Shown here: positions 48,091 through 58,263 of the stretch, piece by piece | How the letters are laid out: every line of letters starts with the position of its first letter | Numbering within the stretch: the stretch's first letter is position 1 | Program-made: the position numbers and the translations under genes | Origin: an uncultured Bacilli bacterium | Lineage (GTDB): Bacteria > Bacillota_I > Bacilli_A > RF39 > UBA660 | Reading direction: 5' to 3' | Length of the DNA: 64,000 nucleotides | NCBI GenBank assembly: GCA_947624085.1 | Contig: CANQIK010000002.1 | Location: forward strand, 7,639 to 71,638 | Notes under the pieces: model-generated | What the model was told of the DNA's origin: nothing | The model's database searches: none | What the model saw: the letters and a program-made list of their open reading frames with translations, nothing else

Positions 48091-48428
48091 ATTTAGAAGA
48101 TGTTAATGTTAAAGCAAAAGAATTTCGAGCTAGTATTTCATCCCTTATTGAGGAATATACATGTATTAGTAATTATTTGAAAAATATATATGGAATTGTT
48201 AGCGCTAAGGATATTAACCTTTGCAATAATGTGGAAGATTTAATAAGAGAATATAATGCTGTTATTAATACTTTAAATAGTGTATATCTTGAAAAAGCCT
48301 CTAAAATTGTCGGCTACGTTGATAAATCTAATGCAAATTTAGATCAACTATTAAAAGATGTTCGCAATATAATGAATAATTTTAGCTCAAGTGCACATAT
48401 CGAGGATGAAATAGATACTTTATATTAA
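48087..48428 (+). CDS. Small helical protein 4 of 4 (113 aa)
   Basis: ATGA-coupled to protein 3. Confidence 0.5.
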   Translation: MNLEDVNVKAKEFRASISSLIEEYTCISNYLKNIYGIVSAKDINLCNNVEDLIREYNAVINTLNSVYLEKASKIVGYVDKSNANLDQLLKDVRNIMNNFSSSAHIEDEIDTLY

Positions 48429-48448
48429 ATAAATTAAGGAGGATTGTG

Positions 48449-49111
48449 ATGTTAGTATATGGCAAAAATGTTCTTTATGAGACAGAACCTAGTAAGATAA
48501 AAAAAGTATATACTTCGCGAAAAGATTATCTTCCCTATTTACAAGAACATAATATTAAATATGATTTAGTAACGACTAATATATTAGATGCTAAAGTAAA
48601 AGGTAATCACCAAGGTATAGTAATTGATATGTTGGATTATAAATACTATACTATGGATGATATTGACTCTGATTTTATTGTTATTCTTGATCATTTAACG
48701 GATCCACATAATATGGGGGCAATTATTAGAACTTGTGAATGCATTGGGGCTACGAATATAATTATTCCCAAAGATCGTAGTGTTTTAGTTAATGATACTG
48801 TATTTAAAACTTCGGCAGGAGCTATAAATAATGTTAAAATTATTATGGTTGCTAATTTAAATAATGCTATTTTGAAATTAAAAAAAGATGGCTATTTTGT
48901 TTACTGTGCTGATATGGATGGTACAAATTATAAAGAAGTTGACTATGCTGCAAAGAAAGTTCTTGTTATAGGTAGTGAAGGAGAGGGCGTTAGTAAACTT
49001 GTTAAAGAAAACTCGGATGTTATAATATCTCTTCCTATGTATGGCAAAATTAATAGTTTAAATGCCTCAGTTAGTGCAGGTATTTTCTTATATGAAATGG
49101 GGAAACGATGA
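48449..49111 (+). CDS. rlmB: TrmH/SpoU-family 23S rRNA 2'-O-methyltransferase (RlmB/YacO-like)
   Basis: HLTDPHNMGAIIRTCECIGA... SpoU signature motifs. The conserved yacO-sigH synteny supports the call. Confidence 0.7.
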   Translation: MLVYGKNVLYETEPSKIKKVYTSRKDYLPYLQEHNIKYDLVTTNILDAKVKGNHQGIVIDMLDYKYYTMDDIDSDFIVILDHLTDPHNMGAIIRTCECIGATNIIIPKDRSVLVNDTVFKTSAGAINNVKIIMVANLNNAILKLKKDGYFVYCADMDGTNYKEVDYAAKKVLVIGSEGEGVSKLVKENSDVIISLPMYGKINSLNASVSAGIFLYEMGKR

Positions 49112-49728
49112 AACAAGCATTTGAAGACATCTCTGACAATGAAATTATAAGTATGCTTGGAGAAGCTGATGAAAACGTTAATAATGTCATCTATGCTAAA
49201 TATAGCTATTTAATAGATGTTATTATCAACAAATATCAACGTGTTATTAGAATGTTTCAAATAGATCAAGATGAATTATTATGTGAAGCTTCTTATGGTT
49301 TTAGCGATGGCATTCATAGTTTTGTTATTGGTAAAAATGCTTCATTAAAAACCTTTTTATCTATTTGCATTGAAAGAAGAGTATTTAAACTTATTCAAAA
49401 ATATTCTACGGATAAGGTTCGCAAAGATAAAAGTAATTTATCTTTAGAATATCGGAATGAGATTGGTAAAGAACTCCAAGAAATCTTAACAGATGGTAAT
49501 GATCCTCTTAATGCTTTAACTTCTATTGAAACTTATAATGAAGTCGTAGAACTAGCTAAAAAAAATTTATCTTCTTTTGAATATGAAGTATTTATATATA
49601 TGATTAATGGGAATGATTATAAAACAATTGCTAAAGTGTTAGATAAGACTCCTAAACAAATTGATAATTCCATGCAAAGAATAAAAAATAAAATGCGCCA
49701 AGCTATGGCTAAAACCTCTTGCAAATAA
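49108..49728 (+). CDS. sigH: Sporulation/stationary-phase sigma factor SigH
   Basis: Region 2 DELLCEASYGFSDGIHSF and region 4 EYEVFIYMINGNDYKTIAKVLDKTPKQIDNSMQRIKNKMRQ align with B. subtilis SigH. Downstream secE-nusG synteny also fits. Confidence 0.8.
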   Translation: MKQAFEDISDNEIISMLGEADENVNNVIYAKYSYLIDVIINKYQRVIRMFQIDQDELLCEASYGFSDGIHSFVIGKNASLKTFLSICIERRVFKLIQKYSTDKVRKDKSNLSLEYRNEIGKELQEILTDGNDPLNALTSIETYNEVVELAKKNLSSFEYEVFIYMINGNDYKTIAKVLDKTPKQIDNSMQRIKNKMRQAMAKTSCK

Positions 49729-49761
49729 AGATATTTTTTGATATTCTATAGATACATCTAT

Positions 49762-49838
49762 GGCGGAATTGGTGAAGTGGTTAACACGGTAGATTGTGGC
49801 TCTATTATGCGTGGGTTCGACTCCCACATTTCGCCCCA
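49762..49838 (+). tRNA. tRNA-His (anticodon GTG) with the extra 5' G-1
   Basis: Acceptor stem gcggaat/atttcgc plus a G-1:C73 pair. Anticodon loop ttGTGgc. T arm gtggg-ttcgact-cccac. Ends CCA. Confidence 0.8.
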
Positions 49839-50077
49839 TTTTTTGATGTGTACACCTTTGGTGTTTAAAATGAGAAGTTCATATTATTGCTATGGACTTT
49901 TTCTTTTGCCAAGATGTGAGGTAAGCAAAAAGAAATCAAAAAAAGGTAGAGATAAGTGATTAAAATACAGCTAAAATATTAATAGAAAAATTAAATTTTG
50001 AAGTAACTAATTAATTATGGGAGGAGGATTAACATGTTAGAGGTACTGTTTATCAACTTGGCGATTTTGTTTTAAAA

Positions 50078-50479
50078 ATGTTTAGTTTTAAATGGTCTTA
50101 TGAAGATGTTATTTGTCCTAATTTATTTTTGATTGTAAAAAATTATGAGGAAATGTATATTAGAGATGAAAAAGGTATAGTGTTGTGTGGGCTTGAAGTT
50201 CAACCATATCTTGCTAAGTCTGCCAAAGATGTTGCACCTGAATATTTACATTTTTTTGAAAGCGAACTAGATTCTTTAGGCTATAAATATACCGATAGAT
50301 TAATGGAAGGACCTTGTGGTGATAACTGCCGTGTACTTGATAGCTATAAACAAGCGGACTGTTTAAATCCTGAAAAGTTACCTGATTGGTTTAAAGAAGT
50401 ACCTTTGGTTTTAGTAGATCGAGATCGAATATATCCTAAAGATGAAATTTACATAAGAGAGCTTTCATGTTACTATTGA
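50078..50479 (+). CDS. Hypothetical protein (133 aa)
   Basis: Preceded by a 13-codon hydrophobic uORF (50034..50075) with a strong RBS gggaggagg. Confidence 0.5.
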   Translation: MFSFKWSYEDVICPNLFLIVKNYEEMYIRDEKGIVLCGLEVQPYLAKSAKDVAPEYLHFFESELDSLGYKYTDRLMEGPCGDNCRVLDSYKQADCLNPEKLPDWFKEVPLVLVDRDRIYPKDEIYIRELSCYY

Positions 50480-50510
50480 TATGGTATAATACAATAAGAA
50501 TAGAGGTTAT

Positions 50511-50918
50511 ATGAAAAATAAGAAAGAATTAATAAGAGCTATAAAATTTACTTTATTTTCTATTAGTGCCGGTTTAATTCAAATAGGCTCATTTAGTTTA
50601 TTGAAATTAATATTTCCTGCATGGGCTTATTGGCCAGTTTATTTAATATCTTTGATTTTATCGGTGGTTTGGAATTTTACACTTAATAGAAATTATACAT
50701 TTAAAGCTGCCAATAATGTGCCAATTGCTATGATTAAAGTAGCAATCTTTTATCTGATTTTTACACCCGTATCAACGTATTTAGGTGATTTAGCTTCTTC
50801 GAAAGGCATCAACGATTTCCTTGTTTTAGCTGTAACAATGATCTTAAACTTTGTTTTAGAATTTTTATATGATCGTTTTTTCGTTTTTGGCAAAGCTATT
50901 GATACAAGAAAAAGGTGA
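50511..50918 (+). CDS. GtrA-family membrane protein
   Basis: Four TM segments. VWNFTLNRNYTF is typical of GtrA. Confidence 0.6.
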   Translation: MKNKKELIRAIKFTLFSISAGLIQIGSFSLLKLIFPAWAYWPVYLISLILSVVWNFTLNRNYTFKAANNVPIAMIKVAIFYLIFTPVSTYLGDLASSKGINDFLVLAVTMILNFVLEFLYDRFFVFGKAIDTRKR

Positions 50919-50922
50919 TAAT

Positions 50923-51768
50923 ATGCTAGTTAGTAATTTTGGTAATGATTATAAAATACTAAAAGCCGGTAATGGGATGAAACTAGAAAGTTGGCATAAT
51001 ATTAAACTTTTAAGACCCGATCCCGTTATTATATGGGAAAGTCCCATTGATGAACATGAAGCTGATGCTGTCTATCATCGCTCCAATACAGGCGGAGGAT
51101 ATTGGGAAAATATTAATAATATCCCCGATCGATGGACTGTAAATTATAATGGATTAACTTTTAATATTAAGCAAATGGGTTTTAAACATACAGGTTTATT
51201 CCCTGAACAAGCTGTTAATTGGGATCGTATGATTAAAGCTATTAAAGAAAGCCCTAAAAATATAAAAGTTTTAAATCTTTTTGCATATACAGGAGGCGCT
51301 AGTGTAGCTTGCCTTGCGGCAGGGGCAAGTGTTGTCCATGTTGACTCTTCAAAAGGTATGAATGATTGGGCTAAAGAAAATGTTATATCCTCTGGACTTC
51401 AAGATAAACCAATAAGATTTTTAGTAGATGATGTTATTAAATTTGTGGAAAGAGAAATCCGCAGAGGTAACAAATATGATGCTATTATAATGGATCCCCC
51501 TTCTTATGGCCGAGGAGCAAATAAAGAAGTATGGTCTATTGAAAAAGATTTAGACAAATTATTAACGTTGTGCCAAAAAATTTTAACTGATGATTTTCTT
51601 TTTGTGTGTGTCAACACTTATTCCACCAATCTTTCTTTAGTAACTTTAGAAAATATTTTAAAAGTTCATTTTAATAATAAAATAAAGGTTGATGAAATAG
51701 TTCTTCCTATTGAAAATACTAATCTTTTTTTACCCGCGGGTATAACGGGATGGGTATCCAATGACTAA
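50923..51768 (+). CDS. Class I SAM-dependent RNA methyltransferase (RlmI/RlmK-like)
   Basis: LNLFAYTGGASVACLAAGASVVHVDSS (SAM binding) and the DPPSYG catalytic motif. RBS aaaaggtga then ATG 50923. Confidence 0.6.
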   Translation: MLVSNFGNDYKILKAGNGMKLESWHNIKLLRPDPVIIWESPIDEHEADAVYHRSNTGGGYWENINNIPDRWTVNYNGLTFNIKQMGFKHTGLFPEQAVNWDRMIKAIKESPKNIKVLNLFAYTGGASVACLAAGASVVHVDSSKGMNDWAKENVISSGLQDKPIRFLVDDVIKFVEREIRRGNKYDAIIMDPPSYGRGANKEVWSIEKDLDKLLTLCQKILTDDFLFVCVNTYSTNLSLVTLENILKVHFNNKIKVDEIVLPIENTNLFLPAGITGWVSND

Positions 51769-52420
51769 TTTAAATATTCTTTATGAAGATAATCATATTA
51801 TAGTAGTAGAAAAACCTGTTAATGTTTTATCGCAAAGTGATAATACTAAAGATATTGATATGCTTACTTTAATTAAAGCTTATCTTAAAGAAAAATATCA
51901 AAAACCAGGCAATGTATTCCTAGGTCTTGTCCATAGACTTGATAGACCTGTAGGAGGCGTTATGGTTTTTGCTAAAACTTCCAAGGCGGCCTCACGTCTT
52001 TGCCAAAGTATGAATGAGGGTTTATTTCATAAATCTTATTATGCTGTAGTAAAAGGCATTCTTCCTAAAAAAGAAGATACCCTTATTGACTTTATAGAAA
52101 AAACTCCTGATAAAAAAGTTTTACTTAATACTAAAAATGGTAAAAAAGCTATCTTACATTATAATGTCCTTGAAGAAAAAGATAATCTATCTTTATTAGA
52201 TATAACTTTAGAAACTGGTAGATATCATCAAATAAGAGTCCAATTTGCTTCACGGGGATATCCTTTATATGGCGACCAACTATATGGTAAACAAGATAAA
52301 GAGCAAATAGCTTTATATGCTTATAAGCTATCTTTTCCTCATCCTATAACAAAAGAAGTCTTAACTTTTGCTAGTAAACCTGCTGGAAAAATCTGGAAAT
52401 TGTTTTCAGCTTGTAAATAA
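51761..52420 (+). CDS. RluA-family pseudouridine synthase
   Basis: HRLDRPVGGVMVFAKT matches the RluA catalytic motif. Confidence 0.8.
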   Translation: MTNLNILYEDNHIIVVEKPVNVLSQSDNTKDIDMLTLIKAYLKEKYQKPGNVFLGLVHRLDRPVGGVMVFAKTSKAASRLCQSMNEGLFHKSYYAVVKGILPKKEDTLIDFIEKTPDKKVLLNTKNGKKAILHYNVLEEKDNLSLLDITLETGRYHQIRVQFASRGYPLYGDQLYGKQDKEQIALYAYKLSFPHPITKEVLTFASKPAGKIWKLFSACK

Positions 52421-52457
52421 TTAACTATTTTAATATTATTTATTGTAAAATTGGTTT

Positions 52458-53573
52458 ATGTTTGGAATTAAAAAAGATAAAAAATTGGCTATTACTTCTC
52501 AAGATAGTAGTACGCAAAATGATATAGGTGCCTTCTTAAAACAAACAAGAACCGATAAAGACTTAACTCAAGCTGAGCTAGGTACTATTTTGGATATTTC
52601 TCCTAAAACAATATCTAAATGGGAAAATAATAATGGTTTTCCTGATCAGTTATATCAAATCCCATTATGTAATGCTTTGGATATAACTTTAGAAGAATTA
52701 CATTTAGGTTGTCTTAATATTGAGAAAAGAAATAAAGAGAAGAAAGAAAAAAGAATTAAATTTGGTATGTTTATTTTCATTGGCATACTATTAATAATTA
52801 TAGTCATCTTAGGATCTGTATTAATATACTATAAAGAATTTCATAATCCGTTATCACTTTATTATGTGGATGTAACTAGTAAGTATGAATCTCATTGTAA
52901 AATAAATGGTTACTATATTAAAGATAGAAATATTAATATGCTTTATATTGGAACAATATCTCTCTTAAAATACAATATTAATGATAATGATATTATTAGT
53001 GTTAATTTTATATACAATGATGAAATTATTTATAGCACTTCATCTTTAGACAATATTTCTATTAATTTGGATGAGAATATTAATCCAAATGAAATTTTAA
53101 TAGAAGTGAAAGTTAATGATATTAAAAATTTTAAACAAAGTTATATTGAAACTTTTAATATTTCTATTGCTTATACAGATTTATATTCAGATAAAATTGA
53201 GTACAATTTAAATGCTAAAGCACTAATAAAAGAACTTGGTAATATGAATTTTAACAAAATTGATAATTTAACATATAAAAAGAATAATAGCAAAGAAGAG
53301 GTTACTTTTAGCTTACGAGATCAATCAGTTGTAATAAACACTTTAGGAGAAAACAGATTTATTATTAATTTTAAATTTGTATCAGGTGAAATAAGCGTTT
53401 CATTATTATCAGAAATAAATGATGAATATATCATGACCGAGAAATATAAATATGATATTTTTGGTCAAAATCTTGAAAATTATGTTGGCTATGGTTATTC
53501 CTTGGATACAGTCTTAAAAATGCTAAAACCCTATATAACTCTACGAAATAGATACCTTGTATCTACTAATTAG
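52458..53573 (+). CDS. XRE-family HTH membrane-anchored regulator with an extracytoplasmic domain
   Basis: HTH LTQAELGTILDISPKTISKWEN. A single TM segment FGMFIFIGILLIIIVILGSVLIYY. Large C-terminal domain. Confidence 0.6.
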   Translation: MFGIKKDKKLAITSQDSSTQNDIGAFLKQTRTDKDLTQAELGTILDISPKTISKWENNNGFPDQLYQIPLCNALDITLEELHLGCLNIEKRNKEKKEKRIKFGMFIFIGILLIIIVILGSVLIYYKEFHNPLSLYYVDVTSKYESHCKINGYYIKDRNINMLYIGTISLLKYNINDNDIISVNFIYNDEIIYSTSSLDNISINLDENINPNEILIEVKVNDIKNFKQSYIETFNISIAYTDLYSDKIEYNLNAKALIKELGNMNFNKIDNLTYKKNNSKEEVTFSLRDQSVVINTLGENRFIINFKFVSGEISVSLLSEINDEYIMTEKYKYDIFGQNLENYVGYGYSLDTVLKMLKPYITLRNRYLVSTN

Positions 53574-53638
53574 AGATTGCATAGTCATTGTCGAATATTG
53601 TATATTTTTGGTTAGAAAGGAGGAAGATAAAGGGGTTA

Positions 53639-54489
53639 TGAAAAAAATTGTATTTTTCATCATGTTATTTGTGCTAGTGCCTTGTGCCGTTTCAGCAGAT
53701 TTTCATACTAAAGAGGGATATGACATACCTGAAGAAAATTATCAAAAACTTAAGAATCTATATAGTGATGTATCGATTTATATGATGCCTTATGAAAAAT
53801 ATACGAATCTTATGAGCTCATCTATTAATTTTGATAATGTTCAAGAAGTAAGTAAATATATATACACTATATGTGATAACTTTACTGGCGAGTGTGAAGA
53901 TACCGAAATATCTGAAGAAGAATACAAAAATGGTCTCGTATATTTACCTGCACCTATGGCAACGGATGTTTATTCCACGGCTGCCAAAGAACTTACGTTG
54001 AGATTAACAACACCAAGTAATAATTTAGTATACTTTACATTAAGTAATTTTTGGAGCCCATATCATTTGCCTCAGGTTAGATCTTTTGATGTTATAGGCG
54101 TTCGAATTGGTAATTTTCATGTTGTAAATGGTTCGCAAACCGGCTCGCAAACGTATCAAACAAATGGTGAATATAAATCAGTATGGTATGCGCCAAATGG
54201 TACAAACATTAGCAACCAAAGTACTGGCTTTGGTATTTCAATGAATATTGTTAATGATAATATTACTTATTTAGAAAATAGTATTGAAGGATCTCTTCAA
54301 ATTGATGCAGTACCGGCGGTAATATACGGATCTTATCAACATGCTGTAGTGGATGTAGATTTAGCTACTTCTAAAAGCTACACAATTACTTCAGGTGGTT
54401 TAGGTTATGTATTTAAATTTAGTAGTAGTAAGATTGAAAGCTATTACGATAAAATGCATGGAACATATTTAAATATAACCAGCCTTTAA
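53639..54489 (+). CDS. Secreted protein of unknown function
   Basis: RBS ggaggaag. Signal peptide MKKIVFFIMLFVLVPCAVSA. Confidence 0.5.
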
Positions 54490-54684
54490 TATAATTAAAC
54501 CGAGAGAATAAGTCTCAAGCTCAACCACAAATAACCGAATTTAATTATTTTTTATAGGCCTTATATATAAAGCCAAGCGTTTTATAATTATATATTTTTT
54601 TTAAAACTTTTGTAAATCGTAAAAAAGACAAAATTGTTTATTGACATATTGGAAACAATTTAGTACAATTTTAAATGTATTGAT

Positions 54685-54760
54685 GCCCAATTAGCTCAGT
54701 CGGTAGAGCGCACGGCTGTTAACCGTTAGGTCGTAGGTTCGAGTCCTACATTGGGCGCCA
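54685..54760 (+). tRNA. tRNA-Asn (anticodon GTT)
   Basis: Acceptor stem gcccaat/attgggc. D stem gctc/gagc. Anticodon loop ctGTTaa. T arm aggtc... TTCGAGT ...cctac. Ends G then CCA. Confidence 0.9.
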
Positions 54761-54830
54761 ATATGTTATTAATGATTATGTCTTTGATTTCGGGCTATTA
54801 AAGCCTAAATATATACTATCGTTATTGTTA

Positions 54831-54857
54831 ACAGCTCCTGCGGGGGCTGTATTTTTA
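54831..54857 (+). terminator. Rho-independent terminator after tRNA-Asn
   Basis: acagctcc-tgc-ggggctgt followed by attttta. Confidence 0.5.
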
Positions 54858-54891
54858 TGCAAAAATTGATATAATTAAGAAGGTGATACAC

Positions 54892-55809
54892 ATGAATGAA
54901 CAAATAAGTATGCTAGCTCGTTATGGCGAGGATTTAACTGCTAAAGAATATATAACTGATCCAGCCATAGCGCGTGATGAAGAAATAAAACAATGTATCT
55001 TGGTATTATTAACGCCAGAAAAAAGTGCTCTTTTAGTAGGTAAACCCGGAATAGGTAAAACAGCGATTGTCGAGGGTCTTGCTTATCGAATTAAAAATAA
55101 TATGGTTCCCGAAGCCTTAAAAGGCTGGAGTATTATAAAAGTTAATATCACAAGTTTAATTGGAGCAACGCAAACTGATGGAATATTGGAAAATAGAATA
55201 GATTTATTAGTTAAAGAATTAGCCCAAAAAGAAAAAACTATTATCTTTATTGATGAAACCCATTTGCTTATCAATAAAGAGGGTGGTATGGACTTTGCAA
55301 ATATGTTAAAAGCAGGGTTAGACCGGGGCTCAATTAAAATGATTGGGGCTACTACTACGGAAGAATATGAAACTTATATTTTAAGAGACAAAGCTTTCTT
55401 AAGAAGATTTCAAAAAATTGATGTTGAAGAAGCCGACGCCGATACGTGTGTAAAAATTTTAATGGGTACATATCCAAAATTAGAAAAACAAATTGGCGTT
55501 AGATTAGCATATGAACCCTATACCATCGAAAAAATAATGCGTTTCATTGTTGAAATGACCGATGAATATAAAAGGGTATATGAAATATCAAGTCGTTATC
55601 CAGATATATGCTTAACAATTGTTGCTAATGCTATGACTTTTGCTTTATATGATAATATCAGTACGGTAACAATAAAATATTTTTATAAAGCAATATGTAA
55701 TACGAAAACAGTTTATCCTGATGTTCTAGTTAAAGAAAAAGAAAGGTTTAAAACGGAATTTGCCGATTTATTAAGAGCTGAACAAGTCAATTTAACAGAT
55801 ACCTTGTAG
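54892..55809 (+). CDS. Stand-alone Clp/Hsp100 D1-like AAA+ ATPase (no N-domain, no D2)
   Basis: [33 protein letters not shown] (Walker A), IIFIDETH (Walker B) and [27 protein letters not shown] align with ClpA/B/C D1. Only 305 aa. RBS aaggtga then ATG 54892. Confidence 0.7.
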   Translation: MNEQISMLARYGEDLTAKEYITDPAIARDEEIKQCILVLLTPEKSALLVGKPGIGKTAIVEGLAYRIKNNMVPEALKGWSIIKVNITSLIGATQTDGILENRIDLLVKELAQKEKTIIFIDETHLLINKEGGMDFANMLKAGLDRGSIKMIGATTTEEYETYILRDKAFLRRFQKIDVEEADADTCVKILMGTYPKLEKQIGVRLAYEPYTIEKIMRFIVEMTDEYKRVYEISSRYPDICLTIVANAMTFALYDNISTVTIKYFYKAICNTKTVYPDVLVKEKERFKTEFADLLRAEQVNLTDTL

Positions 55810-55898
55810 AAAAACACTTGATTTTTGCATAATATTATTGTATATTATGTCTAGAAACACAAAAGTGTTTTTTTTAATACGAGAATTTAGGAGGCAAA

Positions 55899-56111
55899 AT
55901 GGCAAAGAAAGCTACTAAAAAAAGCAAAAAAGAAGTCAAGAAAGAAAACTACTTTAAAGGTGTAAAAAAAGAAATGCAATTAGTTAAATGGCCTGATTTT
56001 AAATCAGTTGTTAAAAATACTGTTGCTACCGTTTGTTTATGTTTAATCATTGCAATATTCTTTATTCTACTTACTTTATGTTTATCATTAATAAAAGGAT
56101 GGATTAGTTAA
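55899..56111 (+). CDS. secE: Preprotein translocase subunit SecE
   Basis: 70 aa with a Lys-rich N-terminus and a single C-terminal TM segment. Located upstream of nusG. RBS aggagg. Confidence 0.8.
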   Translation: MAKKATKKSKKEVKKENYFKGVKKEMQLVKWPDFKSVVKNTVATVCLCLIIAIFFILLTLCLSLIKGWIS

Positions 56112-56112
56112 G

Positions 56113-56658
56113 ATGAATGCTGAGAATGAAAAATTATGGTATGTAGTTAATACCTATTCAGGTCATGAACTAAATGTTAAAGAAAAACTAGAAGCTCGTA
56201 CAGAATCGATGGGAATGCAAGATTATATCTTTAGAGTAATTGTTCCTGAAACAACTGAAGTAGAAGTTAAAGATGGTGTAAAAAAAGAAAAAGTTAAAAA
56301 AATGTTCCCTGGCTATGTTTTAGTGGAAATGATTATGACGGATGAAGCTTGGTATATTGTACGTAATACTCCAGGAGTAACAGGCTTTATTGGTTCTTCC
56401 GGAAAAGGAGCTAAACCAACACCTTTAATGCCTCAGGAAATAGATCGAATTCTTGCTAATATGGGTATGAGTAGAGTTGATGTTAATACCGAACTTGCTG
56501 TAGGCGATAGTGTTAATATTATTGATGGACCATTTAAAGGCATGAGTGGTAAAATTGATAGTATGGACTTAGAAAACAATCGTTTAACTATTATTATCGA
56601 TTTGTTTGGTCAAGAAACATCAGTTGATGTTGAAACATATCAAGTTAGTAAACTATAA
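56113..56658 (+). CDS. nusG: Transcription antitermination factor NusG
   Basis: NGN domain WYVVNTYSGHE. KOW motif VGDSVNIIDGPFKGMSGKI. Confidence 0.9.
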   Translation: MNAENEKLWYVVNTYSGHELNVKEKLEARTESMGMQDYIFRVIVPETTEVEVKDGVKKEKVKKMFPGYVLVEMIMTDEAWYIVRNTPGVTGFIGSSGKGAKPTPLMPQEIDRILANMGMSRVDVNTELAVGDSVNIIDGPFKGMSGKIDSMDLENNRLTIIIDLFGQETSVDVETYQVSKL

Positions 56659-56664
56659 TAAAGT

Positions 56665-56686
56665 CCAGAGCAATCTGGCTTTTTTA
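56665..56686 (+). terminator. Rho-independent terminator after nusG
   Basis: ccaga-gcaa-tctgg followed by cttttttaa. Confidence 0.5.
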
Positions 56687-56709
56687 ATGATATAAGAAAG
56701 GCAAGCAGT

Positions 56710-57537
56710 ATGGAAAAATATCTAGAAATTGAAAGAAGTATTATTACTAAACATCGTAAAGAAATATGGCGAAGATTTGTTAGAGCTGTTCAAGAATATG
56801 AATTGATTAAAGAAAATGATTCTATTATGGTGTGTATCAGTGGGGGCAAAGATTCTTTTTTACTTGCCAAATGTATAGAGGAATTACAAAGACATGGTAA
56901 AGTTAAATTTACTGCTCATTATGTGGTAATGGACCCTGGCTATACTAAACATAATAGAGATTTTATATTAAATAATGCTAAACTTCTGGGGGTACCAATC
57001 CAAATATTTAAAACGGATATTTTTGCCGTTGCTAATAAGTTAGCGCCACAAAGTCCATGTTATTTATGTGCCCGTATGCGCAGAGGGTATCTATATAGTA
57101 AAGCTCAAGAATTAGGATGTAATAAAATTGCTTTAGGACATCATTTTGATGATGTAATAGAAACAACGCTTTTATCTATGTTTTATGGCTCGGAGGTCAA
57201 GACTATGCTACCTAAACTGCATAGTGATAACTTCCCGGGTTTAGAGCTTATAAGACCACTTTATTTAGTTAAAGAAGCCTCAATTATTGCCTGGCAAAAT
57301 AGTAATGATTTAAAGTTTATTAATTGTGCTTGTAAGTTTACCGAAGCTTGTGCTAAAAATGATGATAATATCAGTAAACGTCAAGAAATGAAAGAACTTA
57401 TTAAAAACTTAAGAAAAATAAATAGAGATATTGATTATAATATTTTTAAAGCCATGGATAATGTTAATTTAAATTGTGTTCTAGGTGTTAGAAAAGATGG
57501 CAAACATCGTAGCTTTTTGGCAAGTTATGACAAATGA
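56710..57537 (+). CDS. TtcA-like PP-loop ATPase (tRNA 2-thiocytidine synthase family)
   Basis: PP-loop SGGKDS. Cys motifs PCYLCARMRRG and CACKFTEAC. Confidence 0.6.
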   Translation: MEKYLEIERSIITKHRKEIWRRFVRAVQEYELIKENDSIMVCISGGKDSFLLAKCIEELQRHGKVKFTAHYVVMDPGYTKHNRDFILNNAKLLGVPIQIFKTDIFAVANKLAPQSPCYLCARMRRGYLYSKAQELGCNKIALGHHFDDVIETTLLSMFYGSEVKTMLPKLHSDNFPGLELIRPLYLVKEASIIAWQNSNDLKFINCACKFTEACAKNDDNISKRQEMKELIKNLRKINRDIDYNIFKAMDNVNLNCVLGVRKDGKHRSFLASYDK

Positions 57538-57610
57538 TGTTAAATATTGCCAAGTATTAAAAATTTTATTTTTAAAATGATATAATAAGAGAAAAGAAAG
57601 GAAGCTAGTG

Positions 57611-58150
57611 ATGAAAAAGTTTTTAACTTATTTAACTATTATGATTTGTTTATTTGGTCTTGTAGGTTGTTCTTCTAAAAAAGATAAACAAGATAAAAAA
57701 GATGTTATTGGTGTTGTAGATAAAGAAACAGTTGAAACTATGGTCGCTCGTTTTAATGAAGTAGTAGTAGAAACATCAGGCCTTGGTTATGCTCAAGAAG
57801 AAACGTTATCTACTGATAATGGACTTTATACTTATGATATAGCCGATGGAATTTTTTTAGTAGTACTACCTTTAGATGAGCAAAAAACTAAAGAAGAAGA
57901 TATTGTAAATTCAATGCGTATTTATGTAAAAAATGGTTATGAAAATGATCCTCAGGTAGAAGCCTATGCGAGAATGTTAATAACGTCTAATAATGATGAA
58001 ATAACCAATGAAGAAGCGAATGCTTTAATTGAAGAAGCTATTGAAAAATCAAGTGAAAAGTTAACGAGTAATAATGGCAAAGGCATATCAGTTGGTTTTA
58101 TAAAAGCCGAAGATCATGTTGAATATCAAGTAATAAGAAACTATGAATAA
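57611..58150 (+). CDS. Lipoprotein
   Basis: Signal peptide with lipobox LFGLVGCSS. Confidence 0.55.
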   Translation: MKKFLTYLTIMICLFGLVGCSSKKDKQDKKDVIGVVDKETVETMVARFNEVVVETSGLGYAQEETLSTDNGLYTYDIADGIFLVVLPLDEQKTKEEDIVNSMRIYVKNGYENDPQVEAYARMLITSNNDEITNEEANALIEEAIEKSSEKLTSNNGKGISVGFIKAEDHVEYQVIRNYE

Positions 58151-58263
58151 TAATAAACAGTTACCTTGTTGTAGCTGTTTTATTTTGCAACCTTTTTTAT
58201 AATAATTAGTATTGTGATAATTAATTTCATAATATATAATAGTGTAAAGAAGGGAGTTTTATA

